A stretch of DNA of 59,698 nucleotides from Anaerolineales bacterium (GTDB taxonomy: Bacteria; Chloroflexota; Anaerolineae; Anaerolineales; Villigracilaceae): the NCBI GenBank assembly GCA_038250295.1, contig JBBSCM010000001.1, forward strand, positions 1 to 59,698. The letters are read 5' to 3'. Under the pieces are notes generated by a model that was given only the letters and a program-made list of their open reading frames with translations, made no database searches and was not told where the DNA came from. Numbering within the stretch: position 1 is the stretch's first letter; each line of letters starts with the position of its first letter. Position numbers and translations under genes: made by a program. Positions 38,401 through 49,627 of this stretch are shown one piece after another.

Positions 38401-38799
38401 ATGAAAATCACACTGACCAGCGTGTCCATAGAAGACTATGACAAAGCCTTGAAGTTTTATACAGAGGTTTTGGGTTTTGTGAAAAAGCACGATGTCCCAT
38501 TGGGAGAAGGCGCCCGCTGGATAACCGTGGTCTCACCCGAAGAACAGAACGGCACCGAGTTGCTTCTTGAACCAAACGCCAATTACCCGGCTATGAAAGC
38601 GCTCAAAGAGGCTCTTGTTAAGGACGGGATACCTTTCACAGCATTCCAGGTTGATGATATTCAAAAAGAGTATGACAGGTTAAGAAAACTCAATGTTGAA
38701 TTTACGATGGAACCTACTAACATGGGCACGACGATCATAGCGATATTCGACGATACCTGCGGTAATCTTATACAGATCTACCAGCTTACTGGTGCATAA
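38401..38799 (+). CDS. VOC/glyoxalase family protein
   Basis: ALKFYTEVLGF and FDDTCGNLIQI motifs. Confidence 0.9.
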   Translation: MKITLTSVSIEDYDKALKFYTEVLGFVKKHDVPLGEGARWITVVSPEEQNGTELLLEPNANYPAMKALKEALVKDGIPFTAFQVDDIQKEYDRLRKLNVEFTMEPTNMGTTIIAIFDDTCGNLIQIYQLTGA

Positions 38800-38842
38800 G
38801 AGCAAGTACCTCGAAATTGATCAATGCTGACGTGCCTAAAAT

Positions 38843-38873
38843 AAAAAGAGACTGTTGAAAGACAGCCTCTTTT
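38843..38873. terminator. Probable bidirectional terminator
   Basis: aaaagagactgt/acagcctctttt between convergent genes. Confidence 0.7.
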
Positions 38874-38906
38874 CGTAACTAAGCAACTACCTAACCATCG
38901 AACTAC

Positions 38907-39590
38907 TCAACCATTCAACTTCTTCTCTTTCCTGGCTCTCAGCCAGCCATTCAAACTGTATTTCACCACGCGTTCGTTGCCCTCGAATAATTTCTTGAGA
39001 TTGGGGCGTAATGCCCAGATAAGTAAAATCTCCGCGCCCACGCCGTACCAAACATCCATCCAGGGCATCAGTCCCTGTGAAGCGCGAACGGCAAAGACGA
39101 TAATCGCGAACAAAGCCACAGCCATTGTGGTGATGGACGCAATGCCGATGCTGAAAAAGGTTAACATGCCAAGAGGCAGAATGATCAAGATCGAGGCGGG
39201 CCACAATCCCATGGCGCCGCCGACAGAGGGCGCTCCGCCTGCTCCGCCGCGTAAACGCAACTTCCCATTCTCATCACGTTCCGCAAGAAAAATGGAATGG
39301 TTGTGCCCAAGGATGGCGGCGAGAGGGGCAACTACATGCACCCACTGGCTTTCTGGTGTAAGCCATTGCGCGATCCATACACTTACAGCGCCTTTTAAAA
39401 TATCAAGCATGGCAGTGGCGAAGCCTGCCCAGAAACCCGCGGCGCGCATGGCATTCGTACCGCCTGTGCGTCCGCTTTCCACTTCGCGGATATCTTTTCC
39501 CGTCTTAAGTTTAACGATCAGCAAGCCAAAGGGGACCGAACCAAAAATATACGCGAGCAGAATGATTCCCATGTCGAATGCAATTTGCAT
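38907..39590 (-). CDS. plsY: Glycerol-3-phosphate acyltransferase PlsY
   Basis: YIFGSVPFG, SGRTGGTNAMR, DILKG and AAILGH motifs. Confidence 0.92.
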   Translation of the reverse strand: MQIAFDMGIILLAYIFGSVPFGLLIVKLKTGKDIREVESGRTGGTNAMRAAGFWAGFATAMLDILKGAVSVWIAQWLTPESQWVHVVAPLAAILGHNHSIFLAERDENGKLRLRGGAGGAPSVGGAMGLWPASILIILPLGMLTFFSIGIASITTMAVALFAIIVFAVRASQGLMPWMDVWYGVGAEILLIWALRPNLKKLFEGNERVVKYSLNGWLRARKEKKLNG

Positions 39591-39611
39591 TGAGATTCCT
39601 CCAGTAAATTA

Positions 39612-39763
39612 TGTCACACCTGCGCTTGCATGCGGTGCAATCTCCTGTCTTATGTTGGAGATTGCTCACCTGCACTGCAACACACCTGCCCTGGCGGGCG
39701 GTGCCAGGGAACGCAGTGCGGTGCAAGTGTCGGGTAAAGAACAAGAGCACGCTCGCAATGACG
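39612..39763. repeat. GTCATTGCGAG-family repeat with multiply nested inserts
   Basis: gcaatctcc...ggagattgc...ctcgcaatgacg containing cacctgcact...gcggtgcaagtgt, which itself contains acacctgccctggcgggcggtgccaggg. Confidence 0.85.
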
Positions 39764-39807
39764 AAACGTATTTATCAAAACACGAAAAACGAAATAAGGT
39801 TGCTTGC

Positions 39808-40212
39808 CTATATGATTTGCAAGGTTACTTCATTATAGGTATTATCTTTTATCCAAAAGCCGCGGGCGCGCCACGCGTGCGCGTTATCCGCGCGCGCAAG
39901 TATGACGTATACCACTGCATAGGCGGCCTCGGCTATGTCAGTTGGCGAAACAGTTTCAGGTCCCGTGGGATGCGAGTGGAAGATGCCGAGCAGGTCCAGT
40001 CCGTTCGAGTCGATCCACTCGAAGGCATTCAACTGCTCGATGGGATCCATCACGTATCGAATCGGACTTTGCGCTTGATTCGTCACCTCAAGCACAGACT
40101 CTACTTTTGAGTCTCGCCCTGCCAAAAGCCCGCAGGCTTCAAGCGGCGCATGTGCGTCAACATGTGCGATCATTTTTTGGTATTGTTCTTTTGTGATGGT
40201 GAGGGAACGCAT
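39808..40212 (-). CDS. JAB/Mov34/MPN metalloprotease
   Basis: EACGLL and FHSHP...SPTD motifs; ATG at 40212 overlaps the upstream TAA (TAATG). Confidence 0.9.
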   Translation of the reverse strand: MRSLTITKEQYQKMIAHVDAHAPLEACGLLAGRDSKVESVLEVTNQAQSPIRYVMDPIEQLNAFEWIDSNGLDLLGIFHSHPTGPETVSPTDIAEAAYAVVYVILARADNAHAWRARGFWIKDNTYNEVTLQII

Positions 40213-41027
40213 TAACGTAAAAATATTGCCGAGATCCATGCAACGCCGATGATAATGGCGGGACTCAGCGCGGCTCGGCGTATTGGAATATTTTCTGTAA
40301 GGCTGGCGCATAACATGGTCAGCGCATATAAAGGCCCGGTCAGTGTGAGGCCGAGTTGCAATGGTGTCACGGGCCAGTAATGCAAACCCGCTCCGATCTG
40401 TGCGCAGATGATACCGATCCCGATTGCCCAGGGAAAATCCCAACGGTCTGTGCCGTCAAGATGAAGAATGCGTAAACTAATTAACGCTGCCACGATAAAG
40501 ATCACAGGCACAAATAAAAACATGCGAACCCCGGCATAGCGCAGCGAGGTGGCAAGGATAAGAAAGAGCGCATAAGCAAGTGCGGTGAGACCTGCGCGCG
40601 CGAAGGCATACGCAGGCGCCGACGGTTCTATGGTGATATATTCCGCAAAAAAAACGCCCACCAGCACCATCGCCCCAAATGCAAAACCGACCGACCACGC
40701 TGTGCCATTTGGTAACAAGGTCAATGGCGCGCCAATCACAAAAGTGGTGAGTGTGGGCAGTACCAGATGTTCAATATTGTTTTTTTTGGCAAGCCTGGGA
40801 TGATCGTATATGAGCCACGCCATACCGGTGGCAGACAGCGCAGCGGCGAATATTGTCATGAGGTTGCCGAGGGTGATGGGATAAGCAAAATAGAAACCGG
40901 GCAGGGTGATGGTCAGCGTTAGGTTGGGTGATTGGATGAGCCTGGTTAATGCAAAGGTTAATAATACCGATGCGATTAATACGCCCACCCGGTCTGCCGG
41001 CGGATTATATGAATGGTTCTCTTGCAT
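40212..41027 (-). CDS. Polytopic membrane protein (DUF5656-like)
   Basis: About 9 hydrophobic segments; LHYWP motif. Confidence 0.65.
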   Translation of the reverse strand: MQENHSYNPPADRVGVLIASVLLTFALTRLIQSPNLTLTITLPGFYFAYPITLGNLMTIFAAALSATGMAWLIYDHPRLAKKNNIEHLVLPTLTTFVIGAPLTLLPNGTAWSVGFAFGAMVLVGVFFAEYITIEPSAPAYAFARAGLTALAYALFLILATSLRYAGVRMFLFVPVIFIVAALISLRILHLDGTDRWDFPWAIGIGIICAQIGAGLHYWPVTPLQLGLTLTGPLYALTMLCASLTENIPIRRAALSPAIIIGVAWISAIFLR

Positions 41028-41089
41028 GCAAAGATTGTACCTGTGGGCGCGTGTGAGCGCAAGCAGGGGTATGGTAGAATCATAATGTT

Positions 41090-42082
41090 ATGGAAGTTTC
41101 ACGCATAGAAAACCTGCCTCCACCGCCGGGTGTGATCAGTTCAATCAAAGCCGGCTTTGATACCGTTGCCGCTCATATTACGGCGATCCTTTTGCCGTTG
41201 TCGTTGAATTTGTTCCTTTGGCTGGGGCCGCGTTTGCACATCGACGTTTTATTCAGTTCGATAAAGAATGATGTGATTTTGGCGGCGGGCAGCGTTCCAC
41301 CGGCCAATATTCAACAGTTCATTGAAGAATATAATAGGACGCTCCCAATGGTCAAAATGGTCAACATGTTTTGGCTATTGCGTACGCTTCCCATCGGGAT
41401 CTCAAGCTTGCTCTTTCCAGAAACGGTATCTACGCCTTTGGGTGATTCTGCCATTTTGCAGGTGAATACAGTCAGCTTATTTGGCTGGATGTTCCTGCTG
41501 ACGCTCATTGGATGGATCGGCGGCGGGTTATACTTCCGCAGTGTGGCATGGCTGGCAACCGCGAACAAAGATGATCAGCCCATGAGCGTTTTCCGCGCTA
41601 TCGTTCAAACGATCTTCATTTCCATATTTTGGGGAATTCTTGTCATGGTCATTGCGGTACCAATTTTTCTTGTTTTGGCATTGGTGCTTCAATTCAATCC
41701 ATTTATTGCCAATCTTCTCGTGCTGTTTGTCAGCCTCGCCTCCATGTGGGTGATCGTGCCTTTGTTCTTTTGGCCGCATGGGGTTTTTGTTAAGAGGCAA
41801 AATGTGATTACTTCCATTATCAGCAGTGTGCAGATGGCGCGTTTTACACTGCCCACGAGCAGTATGTTCGTGCTGGCGGTCTTTCTGCTTTCGTTTGGTT
41901 TGAATTTCCTGTGGAGCATTCCCCCCGATGACTCATGGATGACCATTGTGGGTATTTTAGGCCATTCGTTTGTGACTACCGCCTTATTGGCGGGCAGCTT
42001 CATCTATTATCGCGATATGAATATCTGGTTACAGACTGTGATCGAGAAATTACGTCCGAATGTTGTGACGAAACAGGTGTAA
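41090..42082 (+). CDS. Hypothetical polytopic membrane protein
   Basis: 330-aa ORF with multiple TM segments; extended -10 TGGTAGAAT upstream. Confidence 0.75.
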   Translation: MEVSRIENLPPPPGVISSIKAGFDTVAAHITAILLPLSLNLFLWLGPRLHIDVLFSSIKNDVILAAGSVPPANIQQFIEEYNRTLPMVKMVNMFWLLRTLPIGISSLLFPETVSTPLGDSAILQVNTVSLFGWMFLLTLIGWIGGGLYFRSVAWLATANKDDQPMSVFRAIVQTIFISIFWGILVMVIAVPIFLVLALVLQFNPFIANLLVLFVSLASMWVIVPLFFWPHGVFVKRQNVITSIISSVQMARFTLPTSSMFVLAVFLLSFGLNFLWSIPPDDSWMTIVGILGHSFVTTALLAGSFIYYRDMNIWLQTVIEKLRPNVVTKQV

Positions 42083-42125
42083 GTTAAGTATAGAAGTATT
42101 CTCTGCGTATATCTTGCTATTTTTA

Positions 42126-42195
42126 TTGCAAAGAGCGCGAAGAACGCAAAGATTTAAAAAGGTTTTCTTCGCGAACTTTGTGGGCTTCGCGGTAA
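42126..42195. repeat. CGCAAAG/CTTTGCG 9-mer-type palindromic repeat
   Basis: gcaaagagcgcgaagaacgcaaag ... cttcgcgaactttgtgggcttcgc. Confidence 0.65.
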
Positions 42196-42224
42196 AAGTT
42201 TTGGGTTTGTACTATAGAGAATAA

Positions 42225-44180
<1,956 letters not shown>

Positions 44181-44196
44181 TTTGAAGTGTAATTTG

Positions 44197-44233
44197 GAAG
44201 CCCATCAGCTTTATGGCTGGTGGGCTTCTTTTT
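44197..44233 (+). terminator. Rho-independent terminator
   Basis: gaagcccatcagc/gctggtgggcttc stem plus T-run. Confidence 0.85.
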
Positions 44234-44307
44234 ATTTCATATTTTGCTTCTTTGTCATGAAAGTACCATACACTGATGGCAGGGATGTGGAGTAAAATTC
44301 AAACACT

Positions 44308-47300
44308 ATGATGGCTCAAAATGTCCAGCGCAATGTGCAGCTTGGCTTTCAACGCTATAACACTCTGACCAGTCAGATCCTGCAATGGATCGTGTTTGCA
44401 TACGCGTGGCTTGCAGTGGTTGTCTTTTTATCGGGGTTGTTTTTGGCAAATGGCTGGCTGCAACAACCGTTCATCGGGGCTTTCTATGAACATACGATGG
44501 TATTTAATGGAACGGGACCCGGCGAACCTGACCCTGCGTGGGCATTGTATGAAAAGGTCGTGATTGGAGACCAACTGATTGCCATCAACGATGTGCCAGT
44601 GCGCAGTTCAGATGAGGTCAGCGCCATTTTGCGAGGCCATTTTGCCGGCGAAACTGTAACAGCCACTGTGCGCTCAGAGAATGGGGAAGAGCGTGTTTTG
44701 GATATTATTTTATATAATTTTCCATCATCCAGTTTAACAACCTATTTTATTATTCCATCAATATTAAGTTTTGTCTTTCTCGCAGCAAGCCTGTGGATTT
44801 TCGGTCTGCGCCGCAATGAGCCTGCGGGCCGCGCCTTCTCTCTCTTCACCTCCTCCCTTGCCATTATCACAGGCGCATACTTTAACATCAGCACCACCCA
44901 CCAGTTTACAATGGTTTGGGCGCTTGCAAGCGCCCTCTCCGGCGGCGCTTTAGTGGACCTTGCATTTGCGTTTCCGTTGGAACCCCGCCTTGTGATCAAT
45001 CGCCCCTACCTGAGATGGGTTGGTATTTTAGTTGGATTCCTGCTGGCCATTGGGTCTTTTACAAAATTATTTAATTTTGAACAACCGACCGCTTATATTC
45101 GCAGTTGGCAGTATATCTATGGCTTCATTGCTTTAAGCGTACTCTTCTATATCGGTATCAATCTTTATCACGCCATTTATGCCCAATCCCCGGTCATAAA
45201 AATACAGGCACGCGCCATCCTTTATGGCGCAGCTTTTTCATTTGTTCCCATTGCCATCTGGGCAGCCGTCAAAAGTTTTAATACAGATATAAATTTCTCG
45301 CCCTATCTATTTCTGCCGCTTGCTTTATTTCCCCTGGTGATTGGCTATACCATTTTGCGTTTTCGCTTTCTGCGTACAGACGATTTTGTGCGGCGCGGAT
45401 TGATGTATTTTGTGCTGAGTGTAATTCTGGTGGGCGGCTATGCGGTTTTCGTAACAGGCGCAGGCTTGCTTTTTCAGCAAAGTTTACCCACGAATAACAC
45501 CTACCTGGTTGGCGGGTATATTTTTCTGGTTGTCCTTATCCTGGAGCCGATCCGTACACGCGTGCAGCGTCTTTTGGATACTGTGTTTTTCCGCGGCGAA
45601 CGGGCCTTTGCTGAACAGCTTGAGGGCTTCTCCCATAAACTCACCACGGCATTGGACCTCAATTCTATCGGCATGGTCCTGCGCGAACAGATCGCATCAA
45701 CCCTGACCCCGAGCCGGGTTCACATTTACACGTACGATTCACTCAACGACTATTACTCCGCCCTGCCCGGCGATGACCGCCGTCCCACCAGCGATATTCG
45801 TTTTGCGGCCACCAGTCCATTTGCGCGTTATTTTGAGACAGAGCGCCTGCCATTGTATTTGGATAACACGGTCACTTTGCCGCAATCTTTGCAGTCTGAG
45901 CAATCACGCCTTGCATTGCTTGGCGCGCGTTTGTTCATTATGCTACCGGGTAAACAGCGTGAAAATGGCTGGCTTGCTTTGGGGGCGCGTTTATCCGGCC
46001 AACCCTACACGCCTCGTGATTTGAGATTCCTGGAGAATATTTGCGATCAAGCCTCCGTTGCCATTGAACGCGTGCAAACCGTTGCGCATCTTGAGCGCCA
46101 GATCCAGGAAATGAACGCGTTGACGCGTGTTTCCCAGGGCGTGAACGTTACACTGACTTTTGACGATGTGCTTGAATTGATCTATGCCCAGACCGCACAG
46201 ATCATTCCCACCTCGCATTTTCATATTACGCTCTATAACAAGGATAGTGATTACTATTACTACGGCTTCTGCGTGGAGAATAGTGAGCGAATTCCCGATC
46301 GTGAGAATCTGCCATTTTCGATGAATACAGGCCTCGGTCCGGAAGTGATCCGCAAGAGTCGCCCGATCATCACGCAGGATTACATCCGTGAATGCCAGGC
46401 ACGCAGCCATACGCCGGCGCTTGAAAATATCTTTGCCTGGATGGGTGTGCCTCTCAATGCGGGCGCCCAATCGATCGGCGCACTTAGCGTCGGCAGTCGT
46501 GATGGGGGCACGGTTTATACGCGCGGCCAGCTTGAACTTTTGCAGGCTATTGCAGATCAAACCGCAGGGGCTATTGTAAAAGCGCGCCTGCTTGAAGAAA
46601 CACAGCAACGCGCCCGCCAGTTATCCATTTTGAATGAAATCACACGACAGTTGACATCAACGCTTGAGCTGGGCCCCCTGCTTCAAAATATTCTTGAGAA
46701 CGCGGTCAGCATTTTGAATTGCGAAGCCGGCAGTTTGTTTCTCGTGGATGACCAAACGAATGAACTGGTGTTTAGGGTGACAGTAGGTCCTGTGGCTACG
46801 AACCTGGTAGGCCAGCGTTTGCCGCCAGGTACAGGGATTGTTGGACGTGCCGTGCAAACTCGCGGCCCTGTCATCGAAAATGAAGATCAACGCACCGCAT
46901 CAAGATTTAAGGGTGTTGATCAACAAACTGGGTTTGTCAGCCGCTCACTGATGGCTGTGCCTTTGCAGGTTAAGGATCATGTGACCGGCGTGATCGAGGT
47001 CATCAACCGCCGTGATGGTCTCCCATTTGTGGGAGATGATCAAACACTATTGACCGCGTTTGCAGGTCAGGCCGCGATCGCCATTGAAAATGCGCGTCTC
47101 TTCACGCTGACAGACCAGGAACTTGCTGTGCGTGTGGAAGAGCTTTCGGTCATGCAGCGTATCAGCCGCGAATTGAATGCCAGCCTTGAAATGGACCGCG
47201 CCATGCGCATCACATTGGATTGGGCTTTGCGGCAATCCGGCGCGGAAGCCGGCTTGATCGGTATGCTGGATGAAACCAATCTTCATGTCATGTCACAGCA

Positions 47301-48327
47301 GGGTTTTGATGACCGTATGGAAAACCTGCCGGACCAAACCATGAAGGTGGAATTACCCGCCATGCTTGTTACTGTTGAAACTGGACAGCCGCAGCGTTTA
47401 ACGGTTGCAAATTCGCGGGATAAATTAATGATCAGCGCGCATACGCAGATGATCATTCCGATTCGACGTGAAGCAGCGGTGATTGGCTTGCTCCATTTGG
47501 AAAGTACAAGCGATTCCCTGGTGGATATTGATTTTCTTACCCGCCTCACAGACCTTGCCGCTATCGCTATTTCCAATGCGCAATTGTATGCCGAGGTTCA
47601 ACGAGCCAACCTTGCCAAGAGCGATTTCGTTGCGTTTGTGGCGCATGAGTTAAAGAATCCAATGACCTCCATTAAAGGATATACAGAATTACTGGCTGGG
47701 GGAGCCGTTGGACAGATCAACGACATGCAGACCAACTTCCTGAATACGATTAAGTCGAATGTTGAACGTATGTCCACCCTTGTTTCAGATCTCAACGACA
47801 ACGGCAAGATCGAAGTAGGCCGTCTGCGTCTTGAATATAAAGCCACCAACGCGGCCGACCTGGTGGATGAAGTGGTTCGTTCCCTTAAACGTCAGATCGA
47901 AGATAAGAAGCAAAAACTTGAACTTGAACTGCCGGAAAAACTATCTCCCATGTGGGCAGACCGCACCCGCGTTGGACAGGTTCTTACAAATTTAGTCAGT
48001 AACTCCTACAAGTACACACCAGAAAGTGGAATCCTTCAAATAGGCGTGGAGGAAACCGCAAATCATTGGGATCCTGATGGCGCCTCACGAGTTATTCACC
48101 TGTGGGTGAAAGATAACGGTATCGGCCTGACCCCGGAGGATCAGCAAAAGATGTTCCAGAAATTCTTCCGCTCCGATGACCCGAAAGCGCGTGAAGCACC
48201 GGGTACCGGTTTGGGGTTGAACATCACCAAGAGCCTCGTTGAGATGCAGGGCGGCAAGATCTGGTTTGAAAGCGAGTTCCGCAAAGGCACAACCTTCCAC
48301 TTCACCGTTCCGGTTGCGGAAGAGTAA
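44308..48327 (+). CDS. Sensor histidine kinase: PDZ, multi-TM, 4x GAF, HisKA, HATPase
   Basis: GDQLIAIND PDZ motif, four GAF-like repeats, VAHELKNP and GTGLGL. Confidence 0.92.
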   Translation: MMAQNVQRNVQLGFQRYNTLTSQILQWIVFAYAWLAVVVFLSGLFLANGWLQQPFIGAFYEHTMVFNGTGPGEPDPAWALYEKVVIGDQLIAINDVPVRSSDEVSAILRGHFAGETVTATVRSENGEERVLDIILYNFPSSSLTTYFIIPSILSFVFLAASLWIFGLRRNEPAGRAFSLFTSSLAIITGAYFNISTTHQFTMVWALASALSGGALVDLAFAFPLEPRLVINRPYLRWVGILVGFLLAIGSFTKLFNFEQPTAYIRSWQYIYGFIALSVLFYIGINLYHAIYAQSPVIKIQARAILYGAAFSFVPIAIWAAVKSFNTDINFSPYLFLPLALFPLVIGYTILRFRFLRTDDFVRRGLMYFVLSVILVGGYAVFVTGAGLLFQQSLPTNNTYLVGGYIFLVVLILEPIRTRVQRLLDTVFFRGERAFAEQLEGFSHKLTTALDLNSIGMVLREQIASTLTPSRVHIYTYDSLNDYYSALPGDDRRPTSDIRFAATSPFARYFETERLPLYLDNTVTLPQSLQSEQSRLALLGARLFIMLPGKQRENGWLALGARLSGQPYTPRDLRFLENICDQASVAIERVQTVAHLERQIQEMNALTRVSQGVNVTLTFDDVLELIYAQTAQIIPTSHFHITLYNKDSDYYYYGFCVENSERIPDRENLPFSMNTGLGPEVIRKSRPIITQDYIRECQARSHTPALENIFAWMGVPLNAGAQSIGALSVGSRDGGTVYTRGQLELLQAIADQTAGAIVKARLLEETQQRARQLSILNEITRQLTSTLELGPLLQNILENAVSILNCEAGSLFLVDDQTNELVFRVTVGPVATNLVGQRLPPGTGIVGRAVQTRGPVIENEDQRTASRFKGVDQQTGFVSRSLMAVPLQVKDHVTGVIEVINRRDGLPFVGDDQTLLTAFAGQAAIAIENARLFTLTDQELAVRVEELSVMQRISRELNASLEMDRAMRITLDWALRQSGAEAGLIGMLDETNLHVMSQQGFDDRMENLPDQTMKVELPAMLVTVETGQPQRLTVANSRDKLMISAHTQMIIPIRREAAVIGLLHLESTSDSLVDIDFLTRLTDLAAIAISNAQLYAEVQRANLAKSDFVAFVAHELKNPMTSIKGYTELLAGGAVGQINDMQTNFLNTIKSNVERMSTLVSDLNDNGKIEVGRLRLEYKATNAADLVDEVVRSLKRQIEDKKQKLELELPEKLSPMWADRTRVGQVLTNLVSNSYKYTPESGILQIGVEETANHWDPDGASRVIHLWVKDNGIGLTPEDQQKMFQKFFRSDDPKAREAPGTGLGLNITKSLVEMQGGKIWFESEFRKGTTFHFTVPVAEE

Positions 48328-48336
48328 TGAGTTGAT

Positions 48337-49494
48337 ATGACAGTAACTGCATCTGTAGGACATGCGCAGGCGCTTGATGGACGCGAAGCCGGTTTACAGG
48401 CGGCGCATAAGGCTTTAAACCGTATCGGCGTCAATACGCCGGGTCTGGCTGTGGTAATTTCCTCGCATCAATATCAGGCGCGTGAAGTGTTGAATGGTGT
48501 CTCCAGCCTTTTGGGTGATACGCCGATGATTGGTTTTAGCTCGCCGGCCGGTCTTACTCACGAAGGACAACATCCACACTCTGTAGTGGTGGCGCTCATC
48601 AGCGGTGATTTTCAGGCAGAGACCTTATGGCTTCCGGGGTATGCCCAATCCGGACGCGAAACAGCTGCAAAGATCATGCAGCACACCCAGGCCCGCGCGG
48701 AGCATCAATCTGTGCTTTTCTTTGCGGATGGATTCAATGGGGATGCCGAGCAATTTTGCAGTGCAATATTGCCGGGTCTGCATATTACCGGGGCTCTCTC
48801 CAGCGGCGACCTGCACACAGGGAACACCTATCAAATGGCCGGCAGCCAAACCGGTACCGGTGGATTGGTGGCTGCCTTCCTGCGCGGTAACCTAAAGATT
48901 GGCGTGGGACATGATCATGGTTGGGATCCGGTCGGAAGTCAATTCCGTGTTACGCGGTCGCGTGGATTTTGGCTCCGTACTCTGGATGGCCGCCCCGCCT
49001 CTGAAACTTATGCCGGGTTATTTGGTTACCCCGCGCGTGACTGGGCCTTTCCTCCATTAAATTATCTTGCTCGTTTATATCCTCTCGGCATGGAGCAGGG
49101 TGAAGACCTGGTGGTGCGCGCTCCCATCCGCGTGGAAGCAGATGGCAGTTTCCGTATGAACGCCACCATTCGAGATGGGATAGACGCATATTTATTGGTG
49201 GGAAGCCGTGTTGCCTGTGAGCGTGCTGCAAGGCTGGCTGCGCAACAAGCTTTGTTGGAACTTGGTGATGCCAAGCCCGCCTTTGCCCTGGTGCTTGTGG
49301 ATGTTGCCTGGCAAATGTTGCTCAGAGCACAACCTGGTATAGAGATTGCCGCTGTCCAGGAGATTCTGGGAGATAAGATTCCAATTGCAGGCGGTTATAC
49401 GTTAGGTCAGATTGTATCCAATAAAACTGCGGTACCGAAGTTCCTGAACCAACATATCATTGTCATGGTTTTTGGGGAAGCAAACCAGAACTAG
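48337..49494 (+). CDS. FIST-domain signal transduction protein
   Basis: HGWDP, TLDGRPA and PIAGGYTLGQI...FLNQ motifs. Confidence 0.88.
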   Translation: MTVTASVGHAQALDGREAGLQAAHKALNRIGVNTPGLAVVISSHQYQAREVLNGVSSLLGDTPMIGFSSPAGLTHEGQHPHSVVVALISGDFQAETLWLPGYAQSGRETAAKIMQHTQARAEHQSVLFFADGFNGDAEQFCSAILPGLHITGALSSGDLHTGNTYQMAGSQTGTGGLVAAFLRGNLKIGVGHDHGWDPVGSQFRVTRSRGFWLRTLDGRPASETYAGLFGYPARDWAFPPLNYLARLYPLGMEQGEDLVVRAPIRVEADGSFRMNATIRDGIDAYLLVGSRVACERAARLAAQQALLELGDAKPAFALVLVDVAWQMLLRAQPGIEIAAVQEILGDKIPIAGGYTLGQIVSNKTAVPKFLNQHIIVMVFGEANQN

Positions 49495-49511
49495 AATCAC
49501 GTAATAAACCC

Positions 49512-49537
49512 AAGCCCGGCTCACAAGAGCCGGGTTT
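49512..49537 (+). terminator. Terminator hairpin
   Basis: aagcccggctc-acaa-gagccgggttt. Confidence 0.75.
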
Positions 49538-49573
49538 CGTAGTTTTAAGGAGAAAAACCTTTTAATACGGTTT

Positions 49574-49603
49574 TTGCCAAATTCACTGGATTTATTGTAT
49601 ACT
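49574..49603 (+). promoter_or_regulatory. Sigma70-type promoter of the NACHT operon
   Basis: TTGCCA-18 nt-TATACT, 24 nt before ATG 49628. Confidence 0.6.
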
Positions 49604-49627
49604 GACCTTAAGTCAACGAGGCAGTAC

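Noticed and set aside
34520-38830. Intact integron cassette array
   Set aside because: No intI and no canonical RYYYAAC...GTTRRRY attC pairs; only weak resemblance around 36000-36330
38977-40110. 377-aa plus-strand ORF
   Set aside because: Antisense shadow of plsY, a repeat and the JAB gene; no protein-like features
49574-49627. Upstream extensions given by the ORF track (NACHT; also nusA, ribF, ylxR, fur, nikMN, JAB)
   Set aside because: The extensions run through promoters, hairpins or neighbouring genes; downstream starts fit RBS or family N-termini better
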